Source: a virus (taxonomy: Duplodnaviria > Heunggongvirae > Uroviricota > Caudoviricetes). Taken from it: DNA of 47,538 bases. Made by a program: the position numbers and the translations under genes. Below the pieces are notes generated by a model. It was not told the origin of the DNA, searched no databases, and saw only the letters and a program-made list of their open reading frames with translations. The first letter of the stretch is position 1. Each line of letters starts with the position of its first letter. The stretch is from IMG/VR virus record IMGVR_UViG_3300012156_000175. One strand, given 5' to 3'. Of this stretch, positions 1-9,643 are shown piece after piece.

Positions 1-327
1 GAGATAGTAATAAGAATGGACTCTGCCTCTGATTACAACTCCATTTTAAGACATCTTGACAGTACAACATCAGATAGTATAAGACTGAAAACCACACTGT
101 TTAAATTAACAAGGAACAAGAATTATAGTGGATATATCTTACACACCTATGATTATTTGACAGAAGCCATGTTACAGAATAATCAATTGCCTGCTGCCAA
201 AGAAATAAAATTTAAGGGTGTAAATTCTCTGGATTATCCTTTCTTGGTAAGAGACTGCTTAGATGAAAAAGTTTCTGAAAATGATAAGGTTTTTGTATAT
301 AATAATCGCTTAGCTAAATTTATTTAA
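1..327 (+). CDS. C-terminal part of a hypothetical protein (frame open from base 1, so the gene probably starts left of the window)
   Basis: Frame 1 reads EIVIR-MDSASDY... with no stop before the ATG at 16; no RBS in front of 16. Confidence 0.6.
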   Translation, partial: EIVIRMDSASDYNSILRHLDSTTSDSIRLKTTLFKLTRNKNYSGYILHTYDYLTEAMLQNNQLPAAKEIKFKGVNSLDYPFLVRDCLDEKVSENDKVFVYNNRLAKFI

Positions 328-397
328 AATAAAGAGGCTGCGGTAGCAAATAGTTAATAAGGATAATATATAAAAAAATAAAAGGAGATAAAATAAT

Positions 398-1255
398 ATG
401 GTAATAAGCGTTAGCAGAAGAACCGACATTCCCAATTACTATTCAGATTGGTTTTACCAACGAATTAAAGAGGGATTTGTTGAAGTGAAAAATCCTATAT
501 ATCCAGATAAAAAAAGTAAGATTAATTTATCAATTGAAAATGTAGACTGCTTTGTTTTTTGGACAAAGAATCCGAAAAGTATGTTGAATAAACTTGATGA
601 ACTTAAAGAGTATCAATACTATTTTCAATTTACATTAAATGGTTATGAGTCAGATATTGAGCCTGGTATCCCAGATAAGGATGATGTCTTAAATACATTC
701 AGGCAATTGTCAGAAACAATTGGTCGTAATAGAGTAATTTGGAGGTATGACCCAATCCTGATTACTGAAAAATATTCAATTGAATATCATATTGAAAAAT
801 TTGATTATCTTGCCGAACAGCTTAATGGATATACTAATACTGTGGTTATATCATTTTTGGATTTATACGGACATTCAAAGCGTAACATGGCTACTTATAA
901 TGTTCAAGAATTGTCAGAGAAAGATATGAGAGCTATTGCAAAAGCTTTTGTAATGAATGCATCTAAAAATGATATGAAGATAGTATCTTGTGCAGAGAAA
1001 ATTGATCTAAAAAATGAAGGTGTTGAGTATGGTCATTGTATAGATCAAAAACTAATTGAAGATCTTGTTGGACACAAGCTAAAGGGTGGTAAAGATAAGA
1101 ACCAAAGAATAGAGTGTGGTTGTTTCCAAAGTCGAGATATTGGCGTGTATAACACCTGCCAAAATGGATGTAAATATTGTTATGCTAATTATTCCATTCA
1201 TGATGTAAACAAAAACATTGAGCAATATGATGTGAAGTCTTCACAATTATGCTGA
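398..1255 (+). CDS. DUF1848 family radical-SAM-like protein
   Basis: N-terminal ISVSRRTDIPNYY, FWTKNP, WRYDPI, C-terminal CxxxCxxC (TCQNGCKYCYAN); AAGGAG RBS. Confidence 0.85.
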   Translation: MVISVSRRTDIPNYYSDWFYQRIKEGFVEVKNPIYPDKKSKINLSIENVDCFVFWTKNPKSMLNKLDELKEYQYYFQFTLNGYESDIEPGIPDKDDVLNTFRQLSETIGRNRVIWRYDPILITEKYSIEYHIEKFDYLAEQLNGYTNTVVISFLDLYGHSKRNMATYNVQELSEKDMRAIAKAFVMNASKNDMKIVSCAEKIDLKNEGVEYGHCIDQKLIEDLVGHKLKGGKDKNQRIECGCFQSRDIGVYNTCQNGCKYCYANYSIHDVNKNIEQYDVKSSQLC

Positions 1256-1272
1256 AATTTTTAATTAAAGTG

Positions 1273-1296
1273 AAAAGAGAGTTCGCTCTCTTTTTT
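1273..1296 (+). terminator. Rho-independent terminator
   Basis: GAGAG-TTCG-CTCTC stem followed by T6 and preceded by an A-tract. Confidence 0.85.
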
Positions 1297-1804
1297 ATAT
1301 AGCCAAATAAGCACTAAAAACAAATACTTGCCCAGACATTCGGCTACGTCCGCTTTGTCTTATAACTATTGCTTAGATAAACGCATTAAGGTAGATTCCA
1401 TAGCCTTGCAATCATCGATTAAAAACTTGGATACTGCTTTTAAAATCTTTTCGTAAGACCCAAAACAGGGATTCCAGAGTTTAACCAAAGCCAAAACGGT
1501 TGGGTAAAAAAGTCTCCCGGGCGACACAAGGCAAAATACTTCCATCACGGTATCACAAACACCAGCCAGAAGGTATGTTTTGATCTGCTGGATTGAAGTA
1601 GAGGTGCTTCCCAAAAGCATCTGTCAAGGTAGAGAGATATATATACTAAAAATATTATGATGAAGGATTTAAAAGAAGTTTAAAAAAATGAGGAAGCCTC
1701 GGCGGATGAAAGAAGAAGGATAGAAGAATACATTTAGTCAACCTCTAAACCAACATGAGTTGATTTTTTGACTATATTATAAACTTGAAAAAACCAATAT
1801 GATT

Positions 1805-1833
1805 TTTATTTAAATAAATAAAAATACATACTA
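1805..1833 (+). promoter_or_regulatory. Alternative-sigma promoter (TTTAT-N17-CATACTA), representative of a window-wide set
   Basis: Same spacing recurs at 7065/7087, 16573/16595, 18585/18607, 19853/19875, 33751/33773, 38909/38931 and others (see findings). Confidence 0.65.
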
Positions 1834-1878
1834 TTAGTATCATGATAAAAAGAGATTAAATAAAAGGAGAAAATTTAA

Positions 1879-2595
1879 ATGAAGAAAAAAATGGGCTTAT
1901 TTATGCTTATGGCGGCTATAGTAATGGTTTTGGCATGTGGATGTATAGATAGTATGACTACAACTGTTGGCAGTAATTCTCAAAGCACATCCCAAAATAC
2001 AGATGAATCACAAGAAGATGAGAAGATATCCTTAACTTATACTGCAGACTTTTACGATAATGGAGGTGAACGCTGGTTATCTGTAAAAGGAAAATCTTTT
2101 TCGATTAAGCCTAACAAAGTAAAAACTTATAGTTGGGATTCAAGTGGTTCTTGGATATCAGCTTATGAAATGTCGTCCATCGTTTCTGTAAATATCGATG
2201 GAAATGATATCGAAACATGCGGAAGCACAGTGATTTTTGCGGATGACAGATTAGAAAAGTATACAATTCCAAGCGATATGGCGATTGTTACAGAAGAATC
2301 TTTAGATGCAGAAATTGATCTAAATGTATCGCATTCCTCAGATATGAGATTTGAAGATTGGTATAAACTTCAGTGGTGCTGGAATAATAAAATTCTGAAC
2401 AATGAAAGTTCTGGTGCAAAAGTTGTGATTATTCAATCGCAATTGGGCAATCCTATTTGTATGTATGTTGGTAATAATGTTAGTTGGAATATTCCAAAGA
2501 ACTTACCTAAAACGACATTAGTGAAAATAGATGGCATGCCAGTATATATTCATCGAGCAAATTTTGCTATTATTGATTCTTCTTTATTAAACTAA
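1879..2595 (+). CDS. DUF5052-like lipoprotein
   Basis: Signal peptide with lipobox (VLAC/GC); C-terminal IQSQLGNPI...LPKTTLVKIDG...YIHRANFAIID pattern; AAGGAG RBS. Confidence 0.7.
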   Translation: MKKKMGLFMLMAAIVMVLACGCIDSMTTTVGSNSQSTSQNTDESQEDEKISLTYTADFYDNGGERWLSVKGKSFSIKPNKVKTYSWDSSGSWISAYEMSSIVSVNIDGNDIETCGSTVIFADDRLEKYTIPSDMAIVTEESLDAEIDLNVSHSSDMRFEDWYKLQWCWNNKILNNESSGAKVVIIQSQLGNPICMYVGNNVSWNIPKNLPKTTLVKIDGMPVYIHRANFAIIDSSLLN

Positions 2596-2697
2596 TTATG
2601 AAAAGGCTAATTGGCCTTTTTTTGTTTTTTTATATTTGTGTATTCTTACTGCTGAAAAATAATACATACTATCATTAATAATGAAATAGGAGAAAAA

Positions 2698-3123
2698 ATG
2701 ATGAATATTAAAGAAGGATTAAGTGAATTAAAAATTCAATATTATAAGTGGAATGCAAGAGGATTAACAGATGAGGAATATGAACTGTTATATGGCGCGT
2801 ATATTAAGCTAAAAATAAAAGTCCCTGAGATAAAATATATCCAAGCAGATAAAACCTTTGCTTATGTTTGCCCAGATCCAGAGGGTGAATTTCCTAATGT
2901 GTATATTTTGCCTGACGATGAAAACAAACAAAAATATATGGAAGCTATTTGTGCTGGGATAGAAGAATATTATAGCAATCATTATTTTTATGATTCAGTA
3001 TCGGATCTTTGTTATAACGAATTAGTGGCGTTTGCGATACATGAAAATCAAGTTCCAATTGTAGCCATATATAATAATACAGAATTATTGAATATACGAT
3101 GGTTAAATAAAATTTGTGAATAA
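2698..3123 (+). CDS. Hypothetical protein
   Basis: 141-aa ORF, AGGAG RBS, CATACTA box at 2665. Confidence 0.75.
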   Translation: MMNIKEGLSELKIQYYKWNARGLTDEEYELLYGAYIKLKIKVPEIKYIQADKTFAYVCPDPEGEFPNVYILPDDENKQKYMEAICAGIEEYYSNHYFYDSVSDLCYNELVAFAIHENQVPIVAIYNNTELLNIRWLNKICE

Positions 3124-3269
3124 AAAAAGAAATGCCTTGAATTTATCAAAACATTACAATAATGCGCCTGCCTCTAATGAAAGGTGGTGAGATGAATTGT
3201 TTTTGCTTATTTTCTCACATAATGAAATTGATAAAGACAAATAGAGTGAATGATTAGGAGGAAGTTAAA

Positions 3270-3860
3270 ATGAAAAAGTATGATGTTGGATTTTGTTCTT
3301 GTGGAAGGGTAGATTATGTAAACTATGATGAACTATGTGAAATATGTGATGCTGTTGGTCAAGCATTACTTATTTGCAAACGCACCATAGTATGATTACA
3401 ACTTATCTTTGATGTAGCCAAACTCTGTCAAAGACGGATTTGTGAATTCCAACAAAGTTGGATTTGCAATCATTATGGAACTACAAGCATAATTAGACTA
3501 GATGATCGTGGTGATGGTAAATATTGGTACAGTCATAACGATGAAGAAACAAATGACACAGCAGCAATTAAGAAGATTATTGCTGCGGAAGGTGAAAAGA
3601 TTGATAGAATCGCAAGGTCAATTTTTTATAAGAAATCAGAATGATGGGTGGCGGAGAAGCTACGGCACATCATAGCGATTTCACTGATTGGGAAACACCT
3701 AAGCCAGGGCCAGTAACAGCAAAGGACTGGGAGATGCACAAAAAACTATCAATTGAATCAAAGACGAAGACAAACTTCGGGAGATGAACCATTATGCGGA
3801 ACGAAAGTATAAAAGGTTTTTTACGTAGATTCCTGAATGGAAAATGGCTGTTTGAGTCGT
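3270..3860 (+). pseudogene. Degraded phage-type gene (Cys-rich N-terminus)
   Basis: GGAGG RBS then MKKYDVGFCSCGRVDY...; protein-like segments (AIKKIIAAEGEKIDRI; MMGGGEATAHHSDFTDWETP; IKDEDKLREMNHY) lie in different frames separated by stops. Confidence 0.5.
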
Positions 3861-3899
3861 TTGAGATATTAAAACATCATGTAAAGGAGAACAGATAAT

Positions 3900-4781
3900 A
3901 TGAGAGCAAATTATGATGAAATTGCAAGGGTTGAAGCAGTAGCCTTTAAAGATGAGTACGATAAAGAGATAGGCAAGCGAGTAATATGTAGATGCAAAGA
4001 AGAAAAAGCAACAAGATTATTCATCAGCGGTTTAACTGTTTACGCTGATTATGTGAATAAGGATGGCTGGTGGAGTACCTTTACAGTAAGTAAAAAGCCT
4101 TGTGAGCATGTGGGAAGTTACATTTGTAAAATTGAGGAGTTTAAGGTAGACAAGAATGGTTTTTTAATGTGCATTGTAACTCCGGAGAAATATATTGGAG
4201 ATGTAATACATGTCGAAAGCAAGATGTGGGATTACTTCAGAGGATATATATTGTCTGCTAAATATGTAAATCGTCTAGTGTTAGGCAGATTTAATATTGA
4301 TGCACTACACGCCAGATTCCATGAACAGATAGAAAAATACATAGAAAGTGCAGAGCCACATGCAAAATTCTACTTAGAAGCCGCTAGAGAAGTTATATAC
4401 AACAACTTTATCAATGGAGTAACAACGGTAGAAGAGATTGACAGTTTATTGGATACAAGAGATGAACTGGAGCAGCTGGTCTACGACTTAAATACAAATA
4501 GAGATAGAATTTGCACTTTGAAAGCAGCTTACCCAAATGCCATGGAAAAGATGGCCAATCATATAAGAAACTTATCTTATCCAACTTATGATGATCACAT
4601 CAGATATATTGCAAGCCTTTGCTGGAAATACGATAACAGCAACCTTGGAGAAAGAAATGTTCCAAGAATGGAAAAATTAGAAGCATTAGCCATTCATTAC
4701 AAGAAAGAAAAGGAACTCGAAAAAGCAGCTAAAAAGGCAGCACGATTAGCTAAAAAAGTAAATAAAACAGAGAGCGCATAA
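3900..4781 (+). CDS. Hypothetical protein with Lys/Ala-rich basic tail
   Basis: 293-aa ORF, AAGGAG RBS. Confidence 0.8.
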   Translation: MRANYDEIARVEAVAFKDEYDKEIGKRVICRCKEEKATRLFISGLTVYADYVNKDGWWSTFTVSKKPCEHVGSYICKIEEFKVDKNGFLMCIVTPEKYIGDVIHVESKMWDYFRGYILSAKYVNRLVLGRFNIDALHARFHEQIEKYIESAEPHAKFYLEAAREVIYNNFINGVTTVEEIDSLLDTRDELEQLVYDLNTNRDRICTLKAAYPNAMEKMANHIRNLSYPTYDDHIRYIASLCWKYDNSNLGERNVPRMEKLEALAIHYKKEKELEKAAKKAARLAKKVNKTESA

Positions 4782-4794
4782 AGGAGAGGAAACA

Positions 4795-4907
4795 GGTTCT
4801 TTCTGATCTTTGGATATTCTATTGGCTTCTGATTTTGCTTTGTGCTTTCTGGTACAAGCAAATCAGAACGCCAACTGATATTAATTATCCAAACATGAGA
4901 AGGGACC
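4795..4907 (+). other. Long rod-like intergenic hairpin (putative structured RNA)
   Basis: Nested pairings 4795-4804/4898-4907, 4809-4816/4886-4893, 4822-4826/4870-4874, 4827-4834/4861-4868 and an inner stem; several G-U pairs. Confidence 0.6.
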
Positions 4908-4944
4908 AGAAAAACAATTAACGGATAAGATAAGGAGAAAAAAT

Positions 4945-5697
4945 ATGAAAACAAGAAGATTTAGGGCATTGAATGGAGCAAAGGGTGAATATTCAAGAGT
5001 AGTTGAAAAAATCGCTATATACGATGATAACGGAAATCAAGTTGATTGTTGTGTCATACATAGCGACCCAAAAGAGTATGAAGGAAAAGAATACTATTAT
5101 CCATCAAATCCTAATGATAAATTTGGACTCTATACGGATAAACCAATGGATGCTATTGAAAGTATCAGAAATGGAATTGGAGACGGATTACAGCAAAGTA
5201 AACTTTTCGGATTTACTATGATGCATGTTCTTAGATTTTTAGATAGAGAATATGGAGAAAATATCCGACAGAAAACTGTTGAAGGCTGGAAAGATTCTAA
5301 ATTTGCATATGCTGTAAAAATGAGTTATTTAAATTCATTCGAAGGAGGAAGAGAAGTATTGAAAAACATGAAATTGTATGATATTGGAGATTTCAAAGAA
5401 GATATTCTTACCTTTGATAATATTGAAGATGCAAGCAATTTCATTAAAGAAATAGAAATAAAAACACAGGAATATTGTGAACAATACGAAAATCTCCCAT
5501 TAACTGGAGATGATGTGTATGATTATAAAAATGTTATAACACCATTTTTTGATAGTATTTTTTTTGATAGTATTGAAAAAGAAATGAAAAGCGGAGTTGA
5601 TTCAGTTTATTGGAATGTGTTTAGTTCTATGGAAGAAGGCAGAGAGAAAAACAAAAAAATGTATAAACTAAAAGTAATTCAAGTAGTTTTACCTTAG
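4945..5697 (+). CDS. Hypothetical protein
   Basis: 250-aa ORF, AAGGAG RBS. Confidence 0.8.
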   Translation: MKTRRFRALNGAKGEYSRVVEKIAIYDDNGNQVDCCVIHSDPKEYEGKEYYYPSNPNDKFGLYTDKPMDAIESIRNGIGDGLQQSKLFGFTMMHVLRFLDREYGENIRQKTVEGWKDSKFAYAVKMSYLNSFEGGREVLKNMKLYDIGDFKEDILTFDNIEDASNFIKEIEIKTQEYCEQYENLPLTGDDVYDYKNVITPFFDSIFFDSIEKEMKSGVDSVYWNVFSSMEEGREKNKKMYKLKVIQVVLP

Positions 5698-5725
5698 TTT
5701 GTTAAAATTAAAAGTGGAGGAAACA

Positions 5726-6073
5726 ATGATGAAATTTTACACACTTACTCAAAATAATGTTAGCGGATATCTTTATCAAAACAATAATGTTGATCAGTTC
5801 ATAATAGTTGAGGCTGTTTCTTCATCACATGCAATTGCTATTCTGCCAGATATAATAGATGATTATCGGGACTATTGTTCATGTTGCGGGCCAAGATGGT
5901 ATGATGATTACCTTAATGACAAAGACGGTGAGGAAGAGCCGATGATTTACGGTGAGCCTATCAAGTCATTTAATGATTCTTTTTGGACAAAAGGAAGTAA
6001 AGCAATAGTATATTACCTGGATGGGAGAAAACGGATTTTGAATCTTGAGGATAAGACGGAAGTCTGGCAGTAA
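5726..6073 (+). CDS. Phage protein, DUF7296-like
   Basis: FYTLTQNNVSG...IIVEA...CSCCGPRW pattern; GGAGG RBS supports a start at 5726/5729 rather than 5699. Confidence 0.65.
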   Translation: MMKFYTLTQNNVSGYLYQNNNVDQFIIVEAVSSSHAIAILPDIIDDYRDYCSCCGPRWYDDYLNDKDGEEEPMIYGEPIKSFNDSFWTKGSKAIVYYLDGRKRILNLEDKTEVWQ

Positions 6074-6101
6074 ATCAAACGTTAAGCGAAGGGAGAAAAA
6101 C

Positions 6102-6488
6102 ATGAAATTATTTTGTGGGAGAAACAAAAAAGGTGTATGGAAAGCATCATTAGATGAAGCCAAAGTAGCTAAGTTCGATAAAGTTTTTGAGACAGAGGTA
6201 GACACGATACACAACAATAAAGTGTATTTGATAAAAAAATACCATGGCTTTGACTATAACTATGGCTCTGCAACAAATTCAATCTATGATGTTATGAAAT
6301 ATGTTCACAAACTATATCATTCTGTATCGGCAGCCAAGAAAGATAAGGTATGGAAAGAGAAAGAACAACGTGCATATGAAAATCCTAAAGATTATCATGT
6401 GACTCCATTTTCAATAGCATCAGATGATTTTGGTCATCCTTTTTTTATGGTGATGCAATGGAGGGCATGTTCAATATGGAAATTATAG
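6102..6488 (+). CDS. Hypothetical protein
   Basis: GGGAG RBS before ATG 6102. Confidence 0.7.
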   Translation: MKLFCGRNKKGVWKASLDEAKVAKFDKVFETEVDTIHNNKVYLIKKYHGFDYNYGSATNSIYDVMKYVHKLYHSVSAAKKDKVWKEKEQRAYENPKDYHVTPFSIASDDFGHPFFMVMQWRACSIWKL

Positions 6489-6533
6489 GAATAAGGATAA
6501 TTTAAAAATAACTATTTAAAATGGAGGAAGAAT

Positions 6534-7016
6534 ATGAAAGTAGCAAGCACAAGAGAGATGATTGAAAAATTGCAGGAATATGAAAGAACAAATGATGTGG
6601 GTGCGATTGTTTGCATTGCAACTGTTTGTAACGGCGACAGAAAAGTGGAATATCGAGTTGAAATTGCAAATGATTCTGATATGAACAGAGTATTTAAAAA
6701 AGATGGTAATTATAAAGAAAAAGTTGTGGAAATATCTTCTATAGATGATGATGAATTATTTCTGCCCAAAAAAGACGCCTTTTCAGAGGGAGAAAATAAC
6801 ATGAGAAGAATAACTGATAGCGAATTACTGGATCTGCCATTTGGAAGTAAGATAAAGATTATCTGGCATAACTCTAAGCGTCATAAAAAGAATGAAAGAT
6901 ATAGAGGAATTGTTTTCGGTGATATGATTGGTTGGGAAGATGGTCTTTCGGATACTTTAAGAATTATTGCTGAGAGTATGTATAATGAATGGTGTATGGT
7001 TTACCTATTTACATAA
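6534..7016 (+). CDS. Hypothetical protein, probably two fused small genes
   Basis: GGAGG RBS; a second in-frame GAGGGAG...ATG (MRRITDSELL) lies near 6801. Confidence 0.65.
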   Translation: MKVASTREMIEKLQEYERTNDVGAIVCIATVCNGDRKVEYRVEIANDSDMNRVFKKDGNYKEKVVEISSIDDDELFLPKKDAFSEGENNMRRITDSELLDLPFGSKIKIIWHNSKRHKKNERYRGIVFGDMIGWEDGLSDTLRIIAESMYNEWCMVYLFT

Positions 7017-7120
7017 AGCAATAAATTGTATCTTTGAGAAAAGATGTCCAAGAGACATCTTTTTTTTATACCTTTTTAAAAAATATCATACTATTTAAAA
7101 CAAGTAAAAAGGAGATAAAA

Positions 7121-7399
7121 ATGGATAATTTAGAAAGAGCATTATTGGATGGAATTAAAAAAATGGAAGAACTTCGTGATGATTATAAAGCAAAGAAGTT
7201 AGAACCAGTGGTTATAGAGGCTTGTGACAACATGATTAATCATGCGAAAAGAGCTGCGGCTAGAGGATTATTTCCAAACAAGGTTAATAGGATTAAAGAT
7301 TTGGTAGCGATCATGATTGAAGCTCAAATATACAACAACACAAAGGTCGTAGATTGTATGGCAGAGCAATTGATTTACGAAATGATCATTTCTAAATAA
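7121..7399 (+). CDS. Hypothetical protein
   Basis: AAGGAG RBS before ATG 7121; TTTAT-N17-CATACTA promoter and a terminator upstream. Confidence 0.75.
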   Translation: MDNLERALLDGIKKMEELRDDYKAKKLEPVVIEACDNMINHAKRAAARGLFPNKVNRIKDLVAIMIEAQIYNNTKVVDCMAEQLIYEMIISK

Positions 7400-7451
7400 A
7401 CAACCGAAGATAGAGAGATTTTAACTGAAACGATATTTATTAGGAGAGTCG

Positions 7452-7637
7452 GTGATAAATGGGATGATAGCAAAATTAATACGAAAATACAGTTTGGGTT
7501 CTATTTTGGAAAGTGCTACTTATAGAAAGAAAAATATAAATTTTGTCTCTAGAATGCCAATTATTGAGAGCAAAATAAAACATAGTGATGATATTCTTTC
7601 TAAGAAAATTTTGAATGGCAAAATGGAGGAAAAGTGA
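7452..7637 (+). CDS. Small hypothetical protein
   Basis: AGGAG RBS, GTG start, 61 aa. Confidence 0.45.
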   Translation: MINGMIAKLIRKYSLGSILESATYRKKNINFVSRMPIIESKIKHSDDILSKKILNGKMEEK

Positions 7638-7754
7638 TGGAAGGAATATGCAGAAGCTGTATATGCCAAAAGAATTGCAAAAGCAATGCGGAAAACTACG
7701 CAGACGGAATATGCAGAATATAAGAAAAACAATTAATTTTTGGAGGTGAAAAGT

Positions 7755-8138
7755 ATGGTTGAAAAATACGAAGTAGTGACATTGTGCGGAAGCACCCGAT
7801 TTAAAGATGATTTTATAAAAGTCCAGAAAGCGTTGACGTTGAAAGGTCGCATAGTCATTTCTGTGGGTTTATTTGAGCATTCTGGTGATGTAATAACAAA
7901 TGAACAGAAAATAATGCTAGATGATATGCACAAGCACAAGATTGATATGGCCGATGTGATATTTGTTATCAATAAAGATGGCTACATTGAAAAAAGTACA
8001 GAATCAGAAATTGAATATGCTGAGAGTCGTGGAAAATCGGTCGTATACCTGGAAGGTTGCGGCAGTTATGAGGATGACGAAGATGACATACTTAGTGAAC
8101 TAAATTTAATTTCAGGTATTCCAAATGAAAAAGAATGA
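7755..8138 (+). CDS. DUF4406 / nucleoside-deoxyribosyltransferase-fold (TIR-like Rossmann) protein
   Basis: VVTLCGSTRFKDDF...MHKHKIDMADVIFVINKDGYI..ST.SEIEYA pattern; GGAGG RBS. Confidence 0.7.
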   Translation: MVEKYEVVTLCGSTRFKDDFIKVQKALTLKGRIVISVGLFEHSGDVITNEQKIMLDDMHKHKIDMADVIFVINKDGYIEKSTESEIEYAESRGKSVVYLEGCGSYEDDEDDILSELNLISGIPNEKE

Positions 8139-8409
8139 AAAACAGGAATGGATCGAATTTTATATCAAAAATTCAAAGTTCAAAAACGTGGATATATTTG
8201 ACGAAGAGTTTGTGGACGCCTATATCAAAACGTGCAATCCAAACAAGGTTATAGAACAACCATATGGTGCACATACAGTTCCGGAACTGGGCAGATATTT
8301 GAGTGAGATGTATCATTTGAACATTCTTAACCGGGTGCGAATAGGATTAACACAATGTTATTCAGGGTTTCCAAAGTGGTGTTATTCATATTATTTGCGT
8401 AATTCATAA
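8125..8409 (+). CDS. Hypothetical protein
   Basis: 94-aa ORF overlapping the upstream stop (translational coupling). Confidence 0.7.
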   Translation: MKKNEKQEWIEFYIKNSKFKNVDIFDEEFVDAYIKTCNPNKVIEQPYGAHTVPELGRYLSEMYHLNILNRVRIGLTQCYSGFPKWCYSYYLRNS

Positions 8410-8459
8410 ATTTTGATTAGAGGAAAGAAAAATTATTAAATTTTGGAGGTTTTGAAAAA

Positions 8460-8873
8460 ATGCCACGATATAACGTAGAATACAACGGAAAATGGGCTTG
8501 CTATACAAGCATATCAGACGGCTGGATAACGCCATTTATGAGCAAAGATGAATACGAAAAATGGAGAATGGTTGAGTATGGTAGCGCCGATTATGCACCA
8601 GCCGAAAAGAGAAACCGCATGACAATCCAAGAGGCGGTATTTAGTGCAAGCCTCAATCGGGATCATGTTGAATTAATCGAAATTATGCAAAAAAGCGGAT
8701 TATCACAAACAGAAATAGAAAAGCTTGTCTATGATATTGAAACAGAATACTATTGCCCAATTCCAGACGAAATGAAGGGTTATAAATGCCCAAATTGTAG
8801 CTGTACGGTTGAGTATGGGCAAAAAGAATGTCAAGCTAAAGATTGCAATAATAGATTTGTTTGGCGAATGTAA
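8460..8873 (+). CDS. Hypothetical protein with C-terminal zinc ribbon
   Basis: CPNC...CQAKDC; GGAGG RBS. Confidence 0.75.
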   Translation: MPRYNVEYNGKWACYTSISDGWITPFMSKDEYEKWRMVEYGSADYAPAEKRNRMTIQEAVFSASLNRDHVELIEIMQKSGLSQTEIEKLVYDIETEYYCPIPDEMKGYKCPNCSCTVEYGQKECQAKDCNNRFVWRM

Positions 8874-8910
8874 ATATGACAATTAAATTTCAAGAGAGGA
8901 GAAGTATTTT

Positions 8911-9090
8911 ATGTGGGAATGTGAAACATGTAAGCACAAAGCCGTAGAGGGATTTATAAATACGTATTGTCTGGGTTGTAAAAGACAGTATCCGAATCAG
9001 GAAGCGGGATACTATAAGCCAGACAGATTTCAGCCTGTTGATGAATCAAAAGTGATAGTTGATGAAGTATTTATAAAAAAGGTAAATTAA
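8911..9090 (+). CDS. Small Cys-containing protein (59 aa, not in the ORF track)
   Basis: GAGGAG RBS; MWECETCKHKAVEGFINTYCLGCKRQYP...KKVN*. Confidence 0.6.
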   Translation: MWECETCKHKAVEGFINTYCLGCKRQYPNQEAGYYKPDRFQPVDESKVIVDEVFIKKVN

Positions 9091-9105
9091 TTATGGAGGA
9101 AGAGA

Positions 9106-9306
9106 ATGAGTAATCAAGAAGCAGCAGAAATTCTTAAAAATCATATTGATACTTACAATTACCAATTAAGCGATGGTGGATGGGCCGAAATGGTACGAAT
9201 AGGAATCGCCAGACCAACTGCGCGGGAACGGGCTGCATTTATGGCAGACGCAACAAGACAAGTGGAAGCCTATCAGATGGCGATTAAGGCTCTTCTTGGT
9301 AATTAA
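9106..9306 (+). CDS. Small hypothetical protein
   Basis: GGAGG RBS, 66 aa. Confidence 0.7.
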   Translation: MSNQEAAEILKNHIDTYNYQLSDGGWAEMVRIGIARPTARERAAFMADATRQVEAYQMAIKALLGN

Positions 9307-9324
9307 TTTCTAAGAGAGGAGAAG

Positions 9325-9606
9325 ATGACCATGGCAAATAAAAATGTAATAAAACCAAAGCATACAAACTATAGAGTTTGCTACGAAAGTGGAAACCCTA
9401 TTACAGGAAACGAAATTTACGAACTACAAAAACTTTGTAAATGTCAAGATTGCAGAGATAGAGCTAATTATAGAAGAGGTACAGTTAATCGTGCAACAGC
9501 AACAACGCGAGATATTTCAAAAGTTGATGAAGTTGCAGAGTTCTTAAAAAAATGGCATTGTAAGGATGGGAAGCAACAATTAAAAACTGCCTATTTTAAT
9601 TTTTAA
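9325..9606 (+). CDS. Small hypothetical protein (CxCxxC)
   Basis: GAGGAG RBS, 93 aa. Confidence 0.7.
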   Translation: MTMANKNVIKPKHTNYRVCYESGNPITGNEIYELQKLCKCQDCRDRANYRRGTVNRATATTRDISKVDEVAEFLKKWHCKDGKQQLKTAYFNF

Positions 9607-9643
9607 ATATGATGGCAATTAAACTAAAATCAGGAGGTAATGT

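Noticed and set aside
1366-1620. 84-aa minus-strand ORF
   Set aside because: No RBS and no protein-like motif
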